64,000 bases of DNA from Candidatus Entotheonellaceae bacterium (GTDB lineage: Bacteria > Tectomicrobia > Entotheonellia > Entotheonellales > Entotheonellaceae): positions 256,001-320,000 of the forward strand of contig OZ250173.1 of assembly GCA_965238075.1 (NCBI GenBank), written 5' to 3'. Each line of letters starts with the position of its first letter. Position 1 is the stretch's first letter. A program made the translations under genes and the position numbers. This document shows positions 18,733 through 29,142 of this stretch, one piece after another. Under the pieces are notes generated by a model. That model worked only from the letters and a program-made list of their open reading frames with translations. It searched no databases and was not told the origin of the DNA.

Positions 18733-20340
18733 TTGAAACAAATTCGCAGCCAATGGCACGCTGTCCTCGCCGTTACCCTGCTCGCCTGCTTCTGTGCCGG
18801 CCCGCTCCCCGGAGCCTTGGCTGACGACCCCAAACCGGGCGGCACGCTCAAATTCATCCCGCATGCCGACCTGAAGATTATCGATCCCATCTGGACCACC
18901 GCCTACATCTCCCGCAACCACGGTTACATGATCTACGACGTGCTGTTCGCCTTGGACGAGAACCTGAACATCCGCCCGCAGATGGTGGATACTTGGGAGG
19001 TGAGCGACGACGCCCTGCTGTACACCTTCACGCTGCGCGACGGCCTCCTGTGGCACGACGACCAGCCGGTCACGTCCGAAGACGTCGTCGCCTCGCTGCA
19101 ACGCTGGGGCCGGAAAGACGGTCAGGGACAACTGCTCATGGCGTTCACTGACAGCCTCGAAGCGCTCGACGCCAAGACCTTCCGCCTGACGCTGAAGGAG
19201 CCCTTCGGCCTGGTGCTGGACGCCCTGGCCAAGCCGAGCAGCAACGTGCCGTTCATCATGCCGGCGCGGGTCGCCGCCACGCCGCCGGACGAGCAGATTC
19301 GGGACACCACCGGCTCCGGCCCGTTCATCTTTGTGCAGGATGAATGGCGCCCCGGCCACAAGGTGGTGTACCGTCGCAACGATGCCTACGTACCCCGCGA
19401 CGAGCCGCCGAGCTTTGCGGCCGGCGGCAAACGGGTATACGTCGAGCGCGTCGAGTGGCTGTATCTTCCCGACCCCGTCACCGCCAGCGCCGCGCTGCAG
19501 CAGGGAGAAGTGGATTACTGGGAGTCCGCGCCCCCCGACTTTGTGCCCTCCCTCGAGGGCGCGCCCGGCATCAACGTAGAGATCGCCGACCTGTTCGGCG
19601 CCCAGGCCTGGCTGCGCCCCAATCACCTGCACCCGCCGTTCGACAACAAGAAGGCGCGCCAGGCGCTGATGTGGATGGTGGATCAGGAGCTCTACATGCG
19701 CGCCGCCTATGGCGCCGAGCGTTTCTGGAAGACCTGCCCGGCCTTTTTCATGTGCGACGGGCCGTACGGCTCCGATGCCGGTTCGAATCCGCTGAGGCAG
19801 CAAGACTTCGACAAGGCCAAGCAGTTGTTGCAGGAGGCAGGATACGACGGCCGGCCGGTGGTGTTGATGGACGCCACCGACATCGCCACGAACCACTACG
19901 CTGCGCTGGTGACCGCGCAGTTGCTGAAGAAGATCGGCCTCAACGTGGAATTGCAGGCCATGGACTGGAGCACCGTGGTGGCGCGCCGGGCCGACAAGAA
20001 GCCGGTGCAGGAGGGCGGCTGGAATCTCTTTCACACTGGCTGGATTTTCGCCGACCTGTTCACCCCGGCGGTCAACCAAGGCGTGCGCGGCGGTTGCGCC
20101 GCCGCCTGGTTCGGTTGGTATTGCAGCCCCGGCATGGAGGAGCTGCGCGCCGCCTGGGCGAAAACCACGGACGAGGCCGAGCGGCAGTCCCTGAGTGCCG
20201 ACATCCAACGGCTCGCCATGGATGAAGTCCCCTACGTACCCTTGGGCGAAAACGTCACCTATCGGGCCTACCGCGAGCACGTCAAGGGCGTGCTGAAATT
20301 CCCCGCGCCGGTTCTGTGGAACGTCTGGATGGACAAGTGA
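18733..20340 (+). CDS. ABC transporter substrate-binding protein, family 5 (peptide/nickel type)
   Basis: TTG start after AGGA; signal peptide; IYDVLFALD, YTFTLRDGL.WHD, GSGPF. Confidence 0.9.
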   Translation: MKQIRSQWHAVLAVTLLACFCAGPLPGALADDPKPGGTLKFIPHADLKIIDPIWTTAYISRNHGYMIYDVLFALDENLNIRPQMVDTWEVSDDALLYTFTLRDGLLWHDDQPVTSEDVVASLQRWGRKDGQGQLLMAFTDSLEALDAKTFRLTLKEPFGLVLDALAKPSSNVPFIMPARVAATPPDEQIRDTTGSGPFIFVQDEWRPGHKVVYRRNDAYVPRDEPPSFAAGGKRVYVERVEWLYLPDPVTASAALQQGEVDYWESAPPDFVPSLEGAPGINVEIADLFGAQAWLRPNHLHPPFDNKKARQALMWMVDQELYMRAAYGAERFWKTCPAFFMCDGPYGSDAGSNPLRQQDFDKAKQLLQEAGYDGRPVVLMDATDIATNHYAALVTAQLLKKIGLNVELQAMDWSTVVARRADKKPVQEGGWNLFHTGWIFADLFTPAVNQGVRGGCAAAWFGWYCSPGMEELRAAWAKTTDEAERQSLSADIQRLAMDEVPYVPLGENVTYRAYREHVKGVLKFPAPVLWNVWMDK

Positions 20341-20349
20341 GTAGGTGAG

Positions 20350-20620
20350 CCGTACGGCACCCCGCCGACGCCGGCATGGTCCGATGGCCAAAGCGTGGCG
20401 TCGTCCTCCCCAGCCACGCGGTTAGCGGGCTGGCAACCCACCGTGCAGGCGTCGTCAACCTCGGTGTCAATGGACACGGCGCCAAGCATTGACGAATTCC
20501 ACACGAAAATAAAATCGATACGTTTGGTCAAGTTCCCGCCTGCAGTCAGATCAGCTTCTTGACAGCACGTGAACCCACTTCCGGGCACTCTCTTCCATAT
20601 GATCGACAAAGGTTCCGGCA
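20350..20620 (-). pseudogene. C-terminal remnant of an endonuclease/exonuclease/phosphatase (EEP) family gene
   Basis: GFTCCQ...KRIDFIFV...LWPSDHAGV motifs; no intact 5' part, since upstream sequence is the ligase 3' end. Confidence 0.65.
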
Positions 20621-20703
20621 GCTGTTCGTAGCCACCCAACAAACCCGGTGCAATACTAACCGGCGCAATCCGAGTGGCTCCGGTCCGCCGCGAACAGAAC
20701 CTC

Positions 20704-21576
20704 TCATCTGTTCCGAGGTGGTTCATCGCTGCGAACACGCCAGAAAACCGGAAATCGCGGCTTGCCCGATCCTGTAAACCCTTGGTGTTTGAAGGTGATG
20801 GTGGCGCCGATGGGCGGCGGATTCTTGCGCTCGTCGTCGGAAAAGCCGCTGCCGATTTTGACGCTGATGCCCCGCGCCGTTCGCACCGTGACACTTCCCA
20901 TCAGGCCGGCGAGCCTTCCCTTGCCGGGATTGTGAGCAATCACGATTCCCTCCGCGTCGTCGAATCGTTTCAGCTTCAACAGATCCATGCTGCGTCCGGC
21001 ATGGTAGCGGGAATCCCCACGATGCAGCATCAACCCTTCGCTGCCGTTGGCGACGACGGTGTCCAGTTTTTCCAGCAGCGCCTTGTGGTCCGGCATTTTG
21101 TGCTGCGGGATAACGGCAAGAAATTTGTTCGGCGATGCGGCGACGGCGGCATGCAGGTTTTGCAGCCGCACGTCAAAGGTGCCGGGGTCCTCGGGCAAAT
21201 CAAAGACCATGTAGCGCACCTGTCGCCAGCCGTCGTGCGGCATGTGGCGGGATACGATGGAAACGGTCTCTTCAAACTGCCCGCGCCCGACCCATAATTC
21301 GCCATCCAGTGAGAGCGGCGGGAAATCAGCGGTGAACCAAGACGGCGCTGCAAAGGTGTTGCCGCCGCGCGAAATCAGCTGGTTGCCGTTCCAAAATGCC
21401 CGCACGCCATCCAGCTTTTCGCTCACCCAATAGGCATCCAGGTCAGTATCCTGGTGGTATTTTTCAGCGAGGAGGAGAGCCGGCTTTTCTTCGGCGGCAA
21501 CCGCGGTCGCGAGTAAAGAGACAGCAGTCAGACAGATGGCGAGAGCAATGGAGAACCTGAACATAACCGGCTTCAT
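20704..21576 (-). CDS. Minimal ATP-dependent DNA ligase with signal peptide (Lig E type)
   Basis: Signal peptide ending AVA-AEE; SEKLDGVRA, LDGELW, FDLP, EGLML, LLKLK, IGSGF, PRFP. Confidence 0.9.
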   Translation of the reverse strand: MKPVMFRFSIALAICLTAVSLLATAVAAEEKPALLLAEKYHQDTDLDAYWVSEKLDGVRAFWNGNQLISRGGNTFAAPSWFTADFPPLSLDGELWVGRGQFEETVSIVSRHMPHDGWRQVRYMVFDLPEDPGTFDVRLQNLHAAVAASPNKFLAVIPQHKMPDHKALLEKLDTVVANGSEGLMLHRGDSRYHAGRSMDLLKLKRFDDAEGIVIAHNPGKGRLAGLMGSVTVRTARGISVKIGSGFSDDERKNPPPIGATITFKHQGFTGSGKPRFPVFWRVRSDEPPRNR

Positions 21577-21784
21577 CTTGTGGATTCGTTGCAGAAGGTT
21601 ATTCGCCGCGTGAGTATCAGATCGTTCGATTGTAATGGAGGGTGTGGCGATTTGGACAGTCCGATAATGGGCGCCGTGGCTGCCGGCGTTTTCACAAAGC
21701 GGGTGGTGGGTGAAAATACCCTATACCTCCGTTATGATGGCGAGTATTTCGCGGCCGGGTGATTCATGGATAAGGAGAAGAAGT

Positions 21785-22531
21785 ATGGGACGTTTGGATG
21801 GCAAAGTAGCCGTGATTACCGGCGCGGCACGGGGGCAGGGTGACGCGGAGGCGGAGTTGTTCGCCCGCGAAGGCGCCTACGTGGTGCTGACCGACGTGTT
21901 GGTAGAAGAAGGACAACAGGCCGCCGACCGAATTTGCGCGGCGGGCGGCGAGGCGCTGTTCGTCAAGCTCGACGTCAGCAGCCCCGACGAATGGAACGAG
22001 GTGGTGCGGCATACGGTGCAGACGTATGAGCGGCTCGACATCCTGGTCAACAACGCCGGCATCGCGGTGCGCGGCGGTGTGGAAAGCACCCCGGTCGAGG
22101 AGTGGGACCGCTGCCTGGACATCAACGCCAAGGGGGTGTTTCTGGGCATGAAGTACGCCATCCCCGCCATGTTGGAGAATGGATCGGGATCGATCATCAA
22201 CATTTCCTCAACCAGCGGCATCGTCGGCTTTCCAGGCGGCACCGCCTACCACGCCTCCAAGGGCGCCGTGCGCATCATGACCAAGGCCGCGGCGGCGGAA
22301 TACGCCCAGCGCGGCGTGCGGATCAACTCGCTGCACCCTGGCATCATCAAGACCGCAATGACCGACAATATGGCTGATGACCGCACCGCCGGCATCATTG
22401 ACCGCACCCCCATGGGCCGCAAGGGCACGCCGATGGAAATCGCCTACGGCGTTCTGTTTCTGGCCTCCGATGAGTCGTCGTTCGTCACTGGCGCCGAGTT
22501 GGTCATCGACGGCGGCATGACGGCCGTCTAA
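21785..22531 (+). CDS. SDR family oxidoreductase
   Basis: TGAARGQG, NNAG, YHASK, NSLHPG. Confidence 0.93.
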   Translation: MGRLDGKVAVITGAARGQGDAEAELFAREGAYVVLTDVLVEEGQQAADRICAAGGEALFVKLDVSSPDEWNEVVRHTVQTYERLDILVNNAGIAVRGGVESTPVEEWDRCLDINAKGVFLGMKYAIPAMLENGSGSIINISSTSGIVGFPGGTAYHASKGAVRIMTKAAAAEYAQRGVRINSLHPGIIKTAMTDNMADDRTAGIIDRTPMGRKGTPMEIAYGVLFLASDESSFVTGAELVIDGGMTAV

Positions 22532-22557
22532 ACCACTCCAACCTCCAGGGAGACATC

Positions 22558-23751
22558 ATGACCACGAACAACGGCGCCCTGCCCCTTTTCCGTTTCACTG
22601 TTTTGGATCTCACCCGCGTGCGGGCCGGCCCGACCTGCGTGCGCCAACTGGCCGACTGGGGCGCCAACGCCATCAAGATCGAACTGCCCGAGTCGATGGA
22701 GGGCAACGCCGCCCTCGGCGGCCCGCGGCACGGTTCCGATTTCCAGAATCTGCACCGCAACAAAAAAAGCATCACCCTCAACCTGAAGGCGCCGGAAGGG
22801 CTGAAACTGTTCAAGCGCTTGGTCGAGAAAGCCGACGTGGTGGTGGAGAACTATCGTCCGGACGTGAAGCACCGCCTGGGGGTGGATTACGAATCGCTGT
22901 GCACGATCAACCCCCGCTTGGTTTACGGCAGTATCTCCGGTTTCGGCCAAGACGGGCCGTACCACGGGCGTCCCGGCTTCGATCAGATCGCGCAGGGCAT
23001 GGGCGGGCTGATGTCCATCACCGGGCTGCCCGGCCAAGGGCCGGTGCGCGCCGGCGTACCCATTGCTGACCTGTGCGCCGGACTCTCCTGCGCCTTGGGC
23101 ATCCTCACCGCCCTCTTGGAAAGAGAGGTAACCGGCAAGGGTCAGTGGGTGCAGGCGTCGCTGTTGCAGGCGCAGATTTTCATGCTGGATTTCCAGGCAG
23201 CCCGCTGGCTGCTGGAAAAGGAGGTGGCGCCGCAGGCCGGCAACAACCACCCCACCAGCATTCCAACCGGCGTGTTCAAAACGGCGGACGGCCACATCAA
23301 CATCGCCTCAGCCGGCGAGGCGATCTGGCAGCGCCTCTGCAAGGCCATCGAAGCGCCCGAATTGCTGGACGACGCCCGCTTTGCCGACGGCGCCGTGCGC
23401 TCCGATAATCGCGATGCCCTCAATGCGGTCATCGAAAGCCACACGCGAGCCTACACCAGCGAGGCGCTCATCGCGCTGCTCAATACGGCCGGGGTGCCGT
23501 GCGGACCAATTTACGCCGTCGATCAAGTCTTTCAGGATGCGCAGGTGAAGCATCTCGGCATGGCGCAGCCCGTCTATCACCCGGAACTGGGCGATATCGA
23601 ACTGGTTGGCCAGCCGTTCACCCTCAGCCGCCACAGCAACAAACTGCGAACGGCCACCCCGTCGCGCGGCCAGAACACCGCCGAGGTGCTGGGCGAGTTG
23701 GGCCTCACCGCCGAGGAAATCGAGGATCTGCAAGCTCGCCAAGTCGTGTGA
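22558..23751 (+). CDS. CaiB/BaiF family (class III) CoA-transferase
   Basis: VLDLTRVRAGP, RNKKSITLNLK, ADVVVENYRP, ISGFGQDGP. Confidence 0.93.
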   Translation: MTTNNGALPLFRFTVLDLTRVRAGPTCVRQLADWGANAIKIELPESMEGNAALGGPRHGSDFQNLHRNKKSITLNLKAPEGLKLFKRLVEKADVVVENYRPDVKHRLGVDYESLCTINPRLVYGSISGFGQDGPYHGRPGFDQIAQGMGGLMSITGLPGQGPVRAGVPIADLCAGLSCALGILTALLEREVTGKGQWVQASLLQAQIFMLDFQAARWLLEKEVAPQAGNNHPTSIPTGVFKTADGHINIASAGEAIWQRLCKAIEAPELLDDARFADGAVRSDNRDALNAVIESHTRAYTSEALIALLNTAGVPCGPIYAVDQVFQDAQVKHLGMAQPVYHPELGDIELVGQPFTLSRHSNKLRTATPSRGQNTAEVLGELGLTAEEIEDLQARQVV

Positions 23752-23841
23752 TGAGACGAGCACCGTTGGTGTGCTATGATGCCGGGCGTTTTTCCGCACA
23801 TCCAATCTGAATACCCATCAATCTACATGGAAGGAAACGAC

Positions 23842-24126
23842 ATGCCCCGATACGTCATCGAACGGGCCATCCCCGACATTGGCTCGGCCGAGCGGGAAGC
23901 CCTCCGCGGTGCGTCGCAAAAGTCGAACAGCGTTCTCGCCGCCATGAAGGCCGAGAACAAGAACATCCAGTGGGAACACAGCTATGTGGCCGGCGACCGC
24001 ACCTTCTGCATCTACATCGCCGACGACGAAGCGCTCATTCACGAGCACGCCGAGCGCAGTGGTTTCCCGGCCACGGTAGTGACCCCGGTCCGCAAGATGA
24101 TCGACCCGGTCACCGCTGAAGGCTGA
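23842..24126 (+). CDS. DUF4242-like small protein
   Basis: MPRYVIER, IQWEHSYV, TFCIY, HAERSGFP; AAGGA RBS. Confidence 0.8.
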   Translation: MPRYVIERAIPDIGSAEREALRGASQKSNSVLAAMKAENKNIQWEHSYVAGDRTFCIYIADDEALIHEHAERSGFPATVVTPVRKMIDPVTAEG

Positions 24127-24267
24127 CAGCGCCATTCGGCGCGGGCGGCGGCATCTCGCATCTGCCCCGCCCCTGCCGGTTCGATTTTCTTCATTTCTGA
24201 TCCTGCCCATTTACATGTCCTTCTTACACGCCTCGCCCATCTCGCCTGAGCATGCAGGAGACTGCCG

Positions 24268-25185
24268 ATGAAGCCTTACCGTTCCATCCTCTTCGTGCCG
24301 GGAAACCGTCCCGACTGGATCGACAAGGCTCCCAGGTTTGGCCCGGACGCCTTGATTATTGACCTGGAGGATGCCGTACCCGTTGCCGAAAAGCTCACCA
24401 CGCGGCCCATCGTGCGGGCTGGTATTGAACGCTCACGGGCGCGAGGCATGCCGATTGTCGTGCGGGTGAACGGCTTGACAACCGGCCTGACGGGCGAGGA
24501 CGTCGAGGCCGTGGTGGCCGAAGGGGTGGTGGCCATCGCCGTGCCCAAACTGGAGCACCCGGAGGAATTGCTCAAAGTTGACGCCTGGATCGAGCTGTAC
24601 GAGCGCAAAGCCGGGCTGCCGGTGGGCGGCATCGAAATCATGGCCTTGCCGGAAACGGCTCGCGGCATCCTGAAGGCCTACGAACTCGCTACCGCCTGCC
24701 CGCGCGTTGGCAACGTCATTGGCGGCGGCAGCTCGCGCTCCGGGGACGTGGCCCAGGCGATCGGCTACAAGTGGACACGCCCCGGCCTGGAAACCCTGTA
24801 CATGGCCTCACACCTGCTGTTGGCCAACCGCGCTGCCGGCATTGCCTATCCGATTGCCACCGGCTCCCTCGAAGTTGGTGATTTGGAACTGGTGCGGGCG
24901 CAATTGGAGCGAGCGCGCGAGATCGGCTATCGAGGGGCGCTGCTGATTCACCCCGCCGCCGTGCCCATCGCCAACGAGGTGTTTGCGCCCAGCCGCGAGG
25001 AAATCGACTGGAACAAGGGGGTTTTGCAGACCATGGCGGCGGCCGAACAGGAAGGCCGCGCCGCAACGACGTATGACGGCATGATGATTGACTACGCCCA
25101 CGTGCGTAACGCGCTGGACCTGCTGCAGCAGGCGGAGGCGTTCGGCATCGAGGTGGGGGAATACCCGCACGTCAAGGCGCTGTGA
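24268..25185 (+). CDS. CitE/HpcH-type CoA ester lyase
   Basis: RSILFVPG, IDLEDAV, VRVN, PKLE, ETARG, IHP, GMMID. Confidence 0.9.
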   Translation: MKPYRSILFVPGNRPDWIDKAPRFGPDALIIDLEDAVPVAEKLTTRPIVRAGIERSRARGMPIVVRVNGLTTGLTGEDVEAVVAEGVVAIAVPKLEHPEELLKVDAWIELYERKAGLPVGGIEIMALPETARGILKAYELATACPRVGNVIGGGSSRSGDVAQAIGYKWTRPGLETLYMASHLLLANRAAGIAYPIATGSLEVGDLELVRAQLERAREIGYRGALLIHPAAVPIANEVFAPSREEIDWNKGVLQTMAAAEQEGRAATTYDGMMIDYAHVRNALDLLQQAEAFGIEVGEYPHVKAL

Positions 25186-25309
25186 GGGCAGCGGAACCGG
25201 CATCCCGGTTTGCATTGAAGCGGACATTCGTATAGGGTATCGGCCCCGCACAGACAGGGCGGCCTGCAGGCGCGGGCGCAACATCACTTTGCAAGGGAAA
25301 GGACATGGC

Positions 25310-25537
25310 ATGGCAGGGCTAGGCTGGATCATTATGGCCATCGGATTCGCGATTCAGGTTTTGGTCCCAGTGGGCTTTTTTGGCAGGCCAACAGGGCTCA
25401 TTTTGGGCATACCAACCCAGCTTGCCTATGTGTTCCTGGGCACATGGGTTCTCGTCATAGGACTGGTCATCGTGTACAACACTTGGCTGATGCCGTATGC
25501 CAGGCGGCTCGATGCAAGTCTGGATACGGATAAATGA
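25310..25537 (+). CDS. Small two-TM protein, likely partner of the Na+/solute symporter
   Basis: 75 aa with two hydrophobic segments around ILGIP; sits directly before the symporters. Confidence 0.6.
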   Translation: MAGLGWIIMAIGFAIQVLVPVGFFGRPTGLILGIPTQLAYVFLGTWVLVIGLVIVYNTWLMPYARRLDASLDTDK

Positions 25538-25645
25538 CGGGCTGAAAATGTCGAGTTCCGGGCAGCGGGCGCCGTCGGGATTGGCAATTTTTGATGCTCA
25601 GAATCAGGCCGTAACGGGGTTCAATATCTGGAAGGAATAACAAGT

Positions 25646-27151
25646 ATGAGTGTTGTTAACTTCACCATCCTGTTGTTGATCCTCTATCTTGTCGGGCTGA
25701 AGTTACTCTCCTACTTCGCGCACCGCATTTCCACCCGCGCGTCCGAGGATTATTTCTTGGCGAGCCGCAACATTGGCTTGCTGGCTCTGATCGGTACGAC
25801 GATGGCCAGCATCTTTTCCACCGGCACGGTGGTGTCGTCGCCCTCGCAATTCTACAGTCAGGGCTCGGGCTTCTTCTATGTGTTCTTCTTCGCCTTCATG
25901 CCGGTGGTGTACTTCTTCTTGGCCACCAAGATGTGGCGACTCGGCAAAGCCAAGGGCTACATCACCCCCGGGGACATGCTGGGCGACTTCTACAAGAGCC
26001 GTGCAGTCGTCTTCTGGTGTGCGGCCATCGGTCTGATGGCCCTGCTACCTTACGCGGTGGCGCAGCTCGTCGCCATCGGCAAAACGTTCGAGGCCCTCAC
26101 CGACGGTAAGATCAGCTATTTCTGGGGCGTCACCGTGGTGTCGATTTCCATCGCCCTGTACATGTATTTCGGCGGTGCCCGCGCCGTCGTGTGGACTGAC
26201 ATGATCCAGGGCTTCATTTTTGCCTCGTTGCTGATTATCGCCGGTTTTATGGTCATCAAGTGGTCGGGAGGCTGGCAACCGATGGTGGGCACCCTGACGA
26301 ATGACTATGCCGCCAAGACGTCCTTCGACGGCAAGATGACATGGCGCTATTACGAGCTCGGCTTGCTGCCGCTGTCGTTCTCGTTCCTGCCCTACATCTG
26401 GCAGCGCATGTACATGGCCCGCTCGGCGTCGCACGTGGCCAAGAACCTGTTGGCGGTGCCCATCATCTTCATCGTGCTGTTCTTCACCACCTGGGTTATC
26501 GGCTCCTCGGCGCACGTGATTCTGCCGGACGGCCTGCAGGATGCGGACAGTGTCCTTGGCGCCCTGTTCAAGGACAATCTGCCCTACTTTGGCGCCTTGC
26601 TGCTGGTGGCTGCCTTTGCGGCAGGCATGTCAACGGTCGACAGCCAGTTATTGTCAGCCGGCTCGCTGATCACCCACGACCTCGGCGGCATCTTGCGCGG
26701 CGAGAAGCGCGAGAGCTTGGCCATTTTCACCTTCGGCAAATGGTCCACGGTGTTCCTGATGGCAGCCCTCTACCTGTGGAGTCTTAATCTCAAGTCGGCG
26801 CTCATTCTGAACCTGATCATCTTGGGCATCAGCCTGACGATCATCTACATCCCGTGCGTGTTCGGCATGTTCTACTGGAAGAAAGCCACGCCGGCCGGTG
26901 CCGCTTGGTCGATGGGGGGCGGCCTGATCGCATTTCTCATCAAGCAGTTCCAAATTTTCGGCCTGGACGCCTGGCTGCCGGGACCGTTGGGCTCCATTTC
27001 ATACGGTCTGGCAGCGTCGGTCTTCTTCTTTGTGGTGGTCAGCCTGCTTACCAGCAACGCCAGGATCCGCGACATGCAGGAAGAATACGACGCTATCCTG
27101 GGCGTGACGTCGGCCCCCAGCGCGGTCGCCGCTCCCAGTCCGGCAGACTAG
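25646..27151 (+). CDS. Sodium:solute symporter family protein, copy 1
   Basis: EDYFLASR, GGARAVVWTD, AAGMSTVDS. Confidence 0.93.
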   Translation: MSVVNFTILLLILYLVGLKLLSYFAHRISTRASEDYFLASRNIGLLALIGTTMASIFSTGTVVSSPSQFYSQGSGFFYVFFFAFMPVVYFFLATKMWRLGKAKGYITPGDMLGDFYKSRAVVFWCAAIGLMALLPYAVAQLVAIGKTFEALTDGKISYFWGVTVVSISIALYMYFGGARAVVWTDMIQGFIFASLLIIAGFMVIKWSGGWQPMVGTLTNDYAAKTSFDGKMTWRYYELGLLPLSFSFLPYIWQRMYMARSASHVAKNLLAVPIIFIVLFFTTWVIGSSAHVILPDGLQDADSVLGALFKDNLPYFGALLLVAAFAAGMSTVDSQLLSAGSLITHDLGGILRGEKRESLAIFTFGKWSTVFLMAALYLWSLNLKSALILNLIILGISLTIIYIPCVFGMFYWKKATPAGAAWSMGGGLIAFLIKQFQIFGLDAWLPGPLGSISYGLAASVFFFVVVSLLTSNARIRDMQEEYDAILGVTSAPSAVAAPSPAD

Positions 27152-27291
27152 ACGCGCAAAGAAGGGCCTACTGATAATTGAGGGGCTGCAAATGTTGGGT
27201 TCCGGGCACAGCGGGGGCGCCGTCGAGATTGGCAGTTTGATGCTCAGAATCAGGGCGTAACGGGGTTCAATATCTGGAAGGAATAACAAGT

Positions 27292-28797
27292 ATGAGTGTC
27301 GTTAACTTTACCATCCTGTTGTTGGTCGTCTATCTTGTCGGGCTAAAGTTCCTCTCCTACTTCGCGCACCGTATCTCTACCCGCGCGTCCGAGGATTATT
27401 TCCTGGCCAGCCGCAACGTCGGCTTGCTGGCCCTGATCGGCACGACCATGGCCAGTATCTTTTCCACCGGCACGGTGGTGTCCTCACCCTCGGAATTCTA
27501 CCGCCAGGGTTCCAGCTATTTCTGGGTGTTCTTCTTTGCTTTCATGCCGGTGGTGTACTTCTTCCTGGCCACCAAGATGTGGCGGCTGGGCAAAGCCAAG
27601 GGCTACATCACGCCTGGGGACATGCTGGGCGACTTTTACAAAAGCCGCTCGGTTGTCTTCTGGTGTGCGGCCATCGGTCTGTTCGCCGTTTTGCCATACG
27701 CGGTGGCGCAACTCGTCGCCATCGGCAAGACGTTCGAGGCCCTCACCGACGGCGTAATCAGTTATAACGTGGGCGTCACCGTGGTGTCGATTTCCATCGC
27801 CCTGTACATGTATTTTGGCGGCGCCCGCGCCGTCGTATGGACCGACATGATCCAGGGCTTCATATTCGCCTCGCTGCTGATTGTCGCCGGTATTCTGGTC
27901 GTCAAGTGGTCGGGCGGCTGGGAACCGATGGTCGGTACCCTGACGAACGACTATGCCGCCAAGACGTCCTTCGAGGGCAAGCTGACGTGGCGCTATTACG
28001 AGCTCGGCCTGCTGCCGCTATCATTCACCTTCCTGCCCTACCTCTGGCAGCGCATGTATATGGCGAAGTCCGCCTCGCACGTGGCCAAGAACCTGATGGC
28101 GGTGCCGATCATTTTTGTGGTGCTGTTCTTCACCACCTGGGTCATCGGCACCTCGGCGCACGTGATTCTGCCAGACGGCCTGCAGGATGCGGACAGCGTG
28201 CTGGGCGCGTTGTTCAAAGACAATCTGCCCTACTTCGGCGCCATGCTGCTGGTGGCCGCCTTTGCGGCGGGCATGTCGACCGTCGACAGCCAGCTGCTGT
28301 CCGCCGGCTCCCTGATTACGCACGACATCGGCGGCATCATTCGCGGCGAGAAGCGGGAGAGCGTGGCCATTTTCACGTTCGGCAAATGGTCCACGGTGTT
28401 CCTGATGGCAGCCCTCTACCTGTGGAGTCTCAATCTCAAGTCGGCGTCCATTCTGAACCTGATCATCCTGGGTGTCAGCCTGACGATCATCTACATCCCG
28501 TGCGTGTTCGGCATGTTCTACTGGAAGAAAGCCACGCCAATGGGTGCCGCCTGGTCGATGGGCGGCGGCTTCGTCTTCTTTCTCATCAAGCAGTTCCAGA
28601 TCTTCGGCCTGGACGCTTGGCTACCGGGACCGCTGGGTTCCATTTCCTACGGTCTGGCAGCGTCGATCTTCTTCTTTGTGGTGGTCAGCCTGCTTACCAG
28701 CAACGCCAGGATCCGCGACATGCAGGAAGAGTACGACACGATCCTGGGCGTGGCGTTAGCACCGAGCTCGGCCGCCGCCCCCAGCCCGGCAGACTAG
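27292..28797 (+). CDS. Sodium:solute symporter family protein, copy 2 (tandem paralog)
   Basis: Same length (501 aa) and motifs as copy 1; leader also duplicated. Confidence 0.93.
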   Translation: MSVVNFTILLLVVYLVGLKFLSYFAHRISTRASEDYFLASRNVGLLALIGTTMASIFSTGTVVSSPSEFYRQGSSYFWVFFFAFMPVVYFFLATKMWRLGKAKGYITPGDMLGDFYKSRSVVFWCAAIGLFAVLPYAVAQLVAIGKTFEALTDGVISYNVGVTVVSISIALYMYFGGARAVVWTDMIQGFIFASLLIVAGILVVKWSGGWEPMVGTLTNDYAAKTSFEGKLTWRYYELGLLPLSFTFLPYLWQRMYMAKSASHVAKNLMAVPIIFVVLFFTTWVIGTSAHVILPDGLQDADSVLGALFKDNLPYFGAMLLVAAFAAGMSTVDSQLLSAGSLITHDIGGIIRGEKRESVAIFTFGKWSTVFLMAALYLWSLNLKSASILNLIILGVSLTIIYIPCVFGMFYWKKATPMGAAWSMGGGFVFFLIKQFQIFGLDAWLPGPLGSISYGLAASIFFFVVVSLLTSNARIRDMQEEYDTILGVALAPSSAAAPSPAD

Positions 28798-28815
28798 ACG
28801 CGCAAAGGAGAGACT

Positions 28816-29115
28816 ATGGAAACGCAACGTGACAGCAACGTTGGTGTGTACTTCATGGCCATGATCTTCATTGGCTTGGCCTTTGGCGGCATCCTCGCTG
28901 TGAATCAGACCGGTGGCTATTGGCAACGGTTCTGCGGCGAGCGGATGGATGTCGAGGCCTGCCAGACGATGGCTGAGAATCGGCAGAAAGCAATTGGGGA
29001 ACTGATCAAGCTCGGTGACAAGCACGGTTCCCATGCCGCCATTCCCGGCATCCCGTCAATGGACGAGGCGGAGGCCGGCACCATGCCAGCGGAAACGGCA
29101 GAAGAAGGAAACTGA
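28816..29115 (+). CDS. Hypothetical protein with N-terminal TM segment
   Basis: AAGGAG RBS; one hydrophobic helix; two Cys. Confidence 0.6.
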   Translation: METQRDSNVGVYFMAMIFIGLAFGGILAVNQTGGYWQRFCGERMDVEACQTMAENRQKAIGELIKLGDKHGSHAAIPGIPSMDEAEAGTMPAETAEEGN

Positions 29116-29142
29116 GCGGCGCAAACGCGGAGGATTGGACCT

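Noticed and set aside
18628-20391. Long antisense ORFs (also 58815-60320, 37388-38911, 9983-11218)
   Set aside because: Shadow ORFs of GC-rich genes, with no motifs of their own.
25581-25598. Sigma54-like TTGGCA...TGC in both symporter leaders (second copy near 27229)
   Set aside because: GG-to-GC spacing is 11 and 9 nt, not the required 10.
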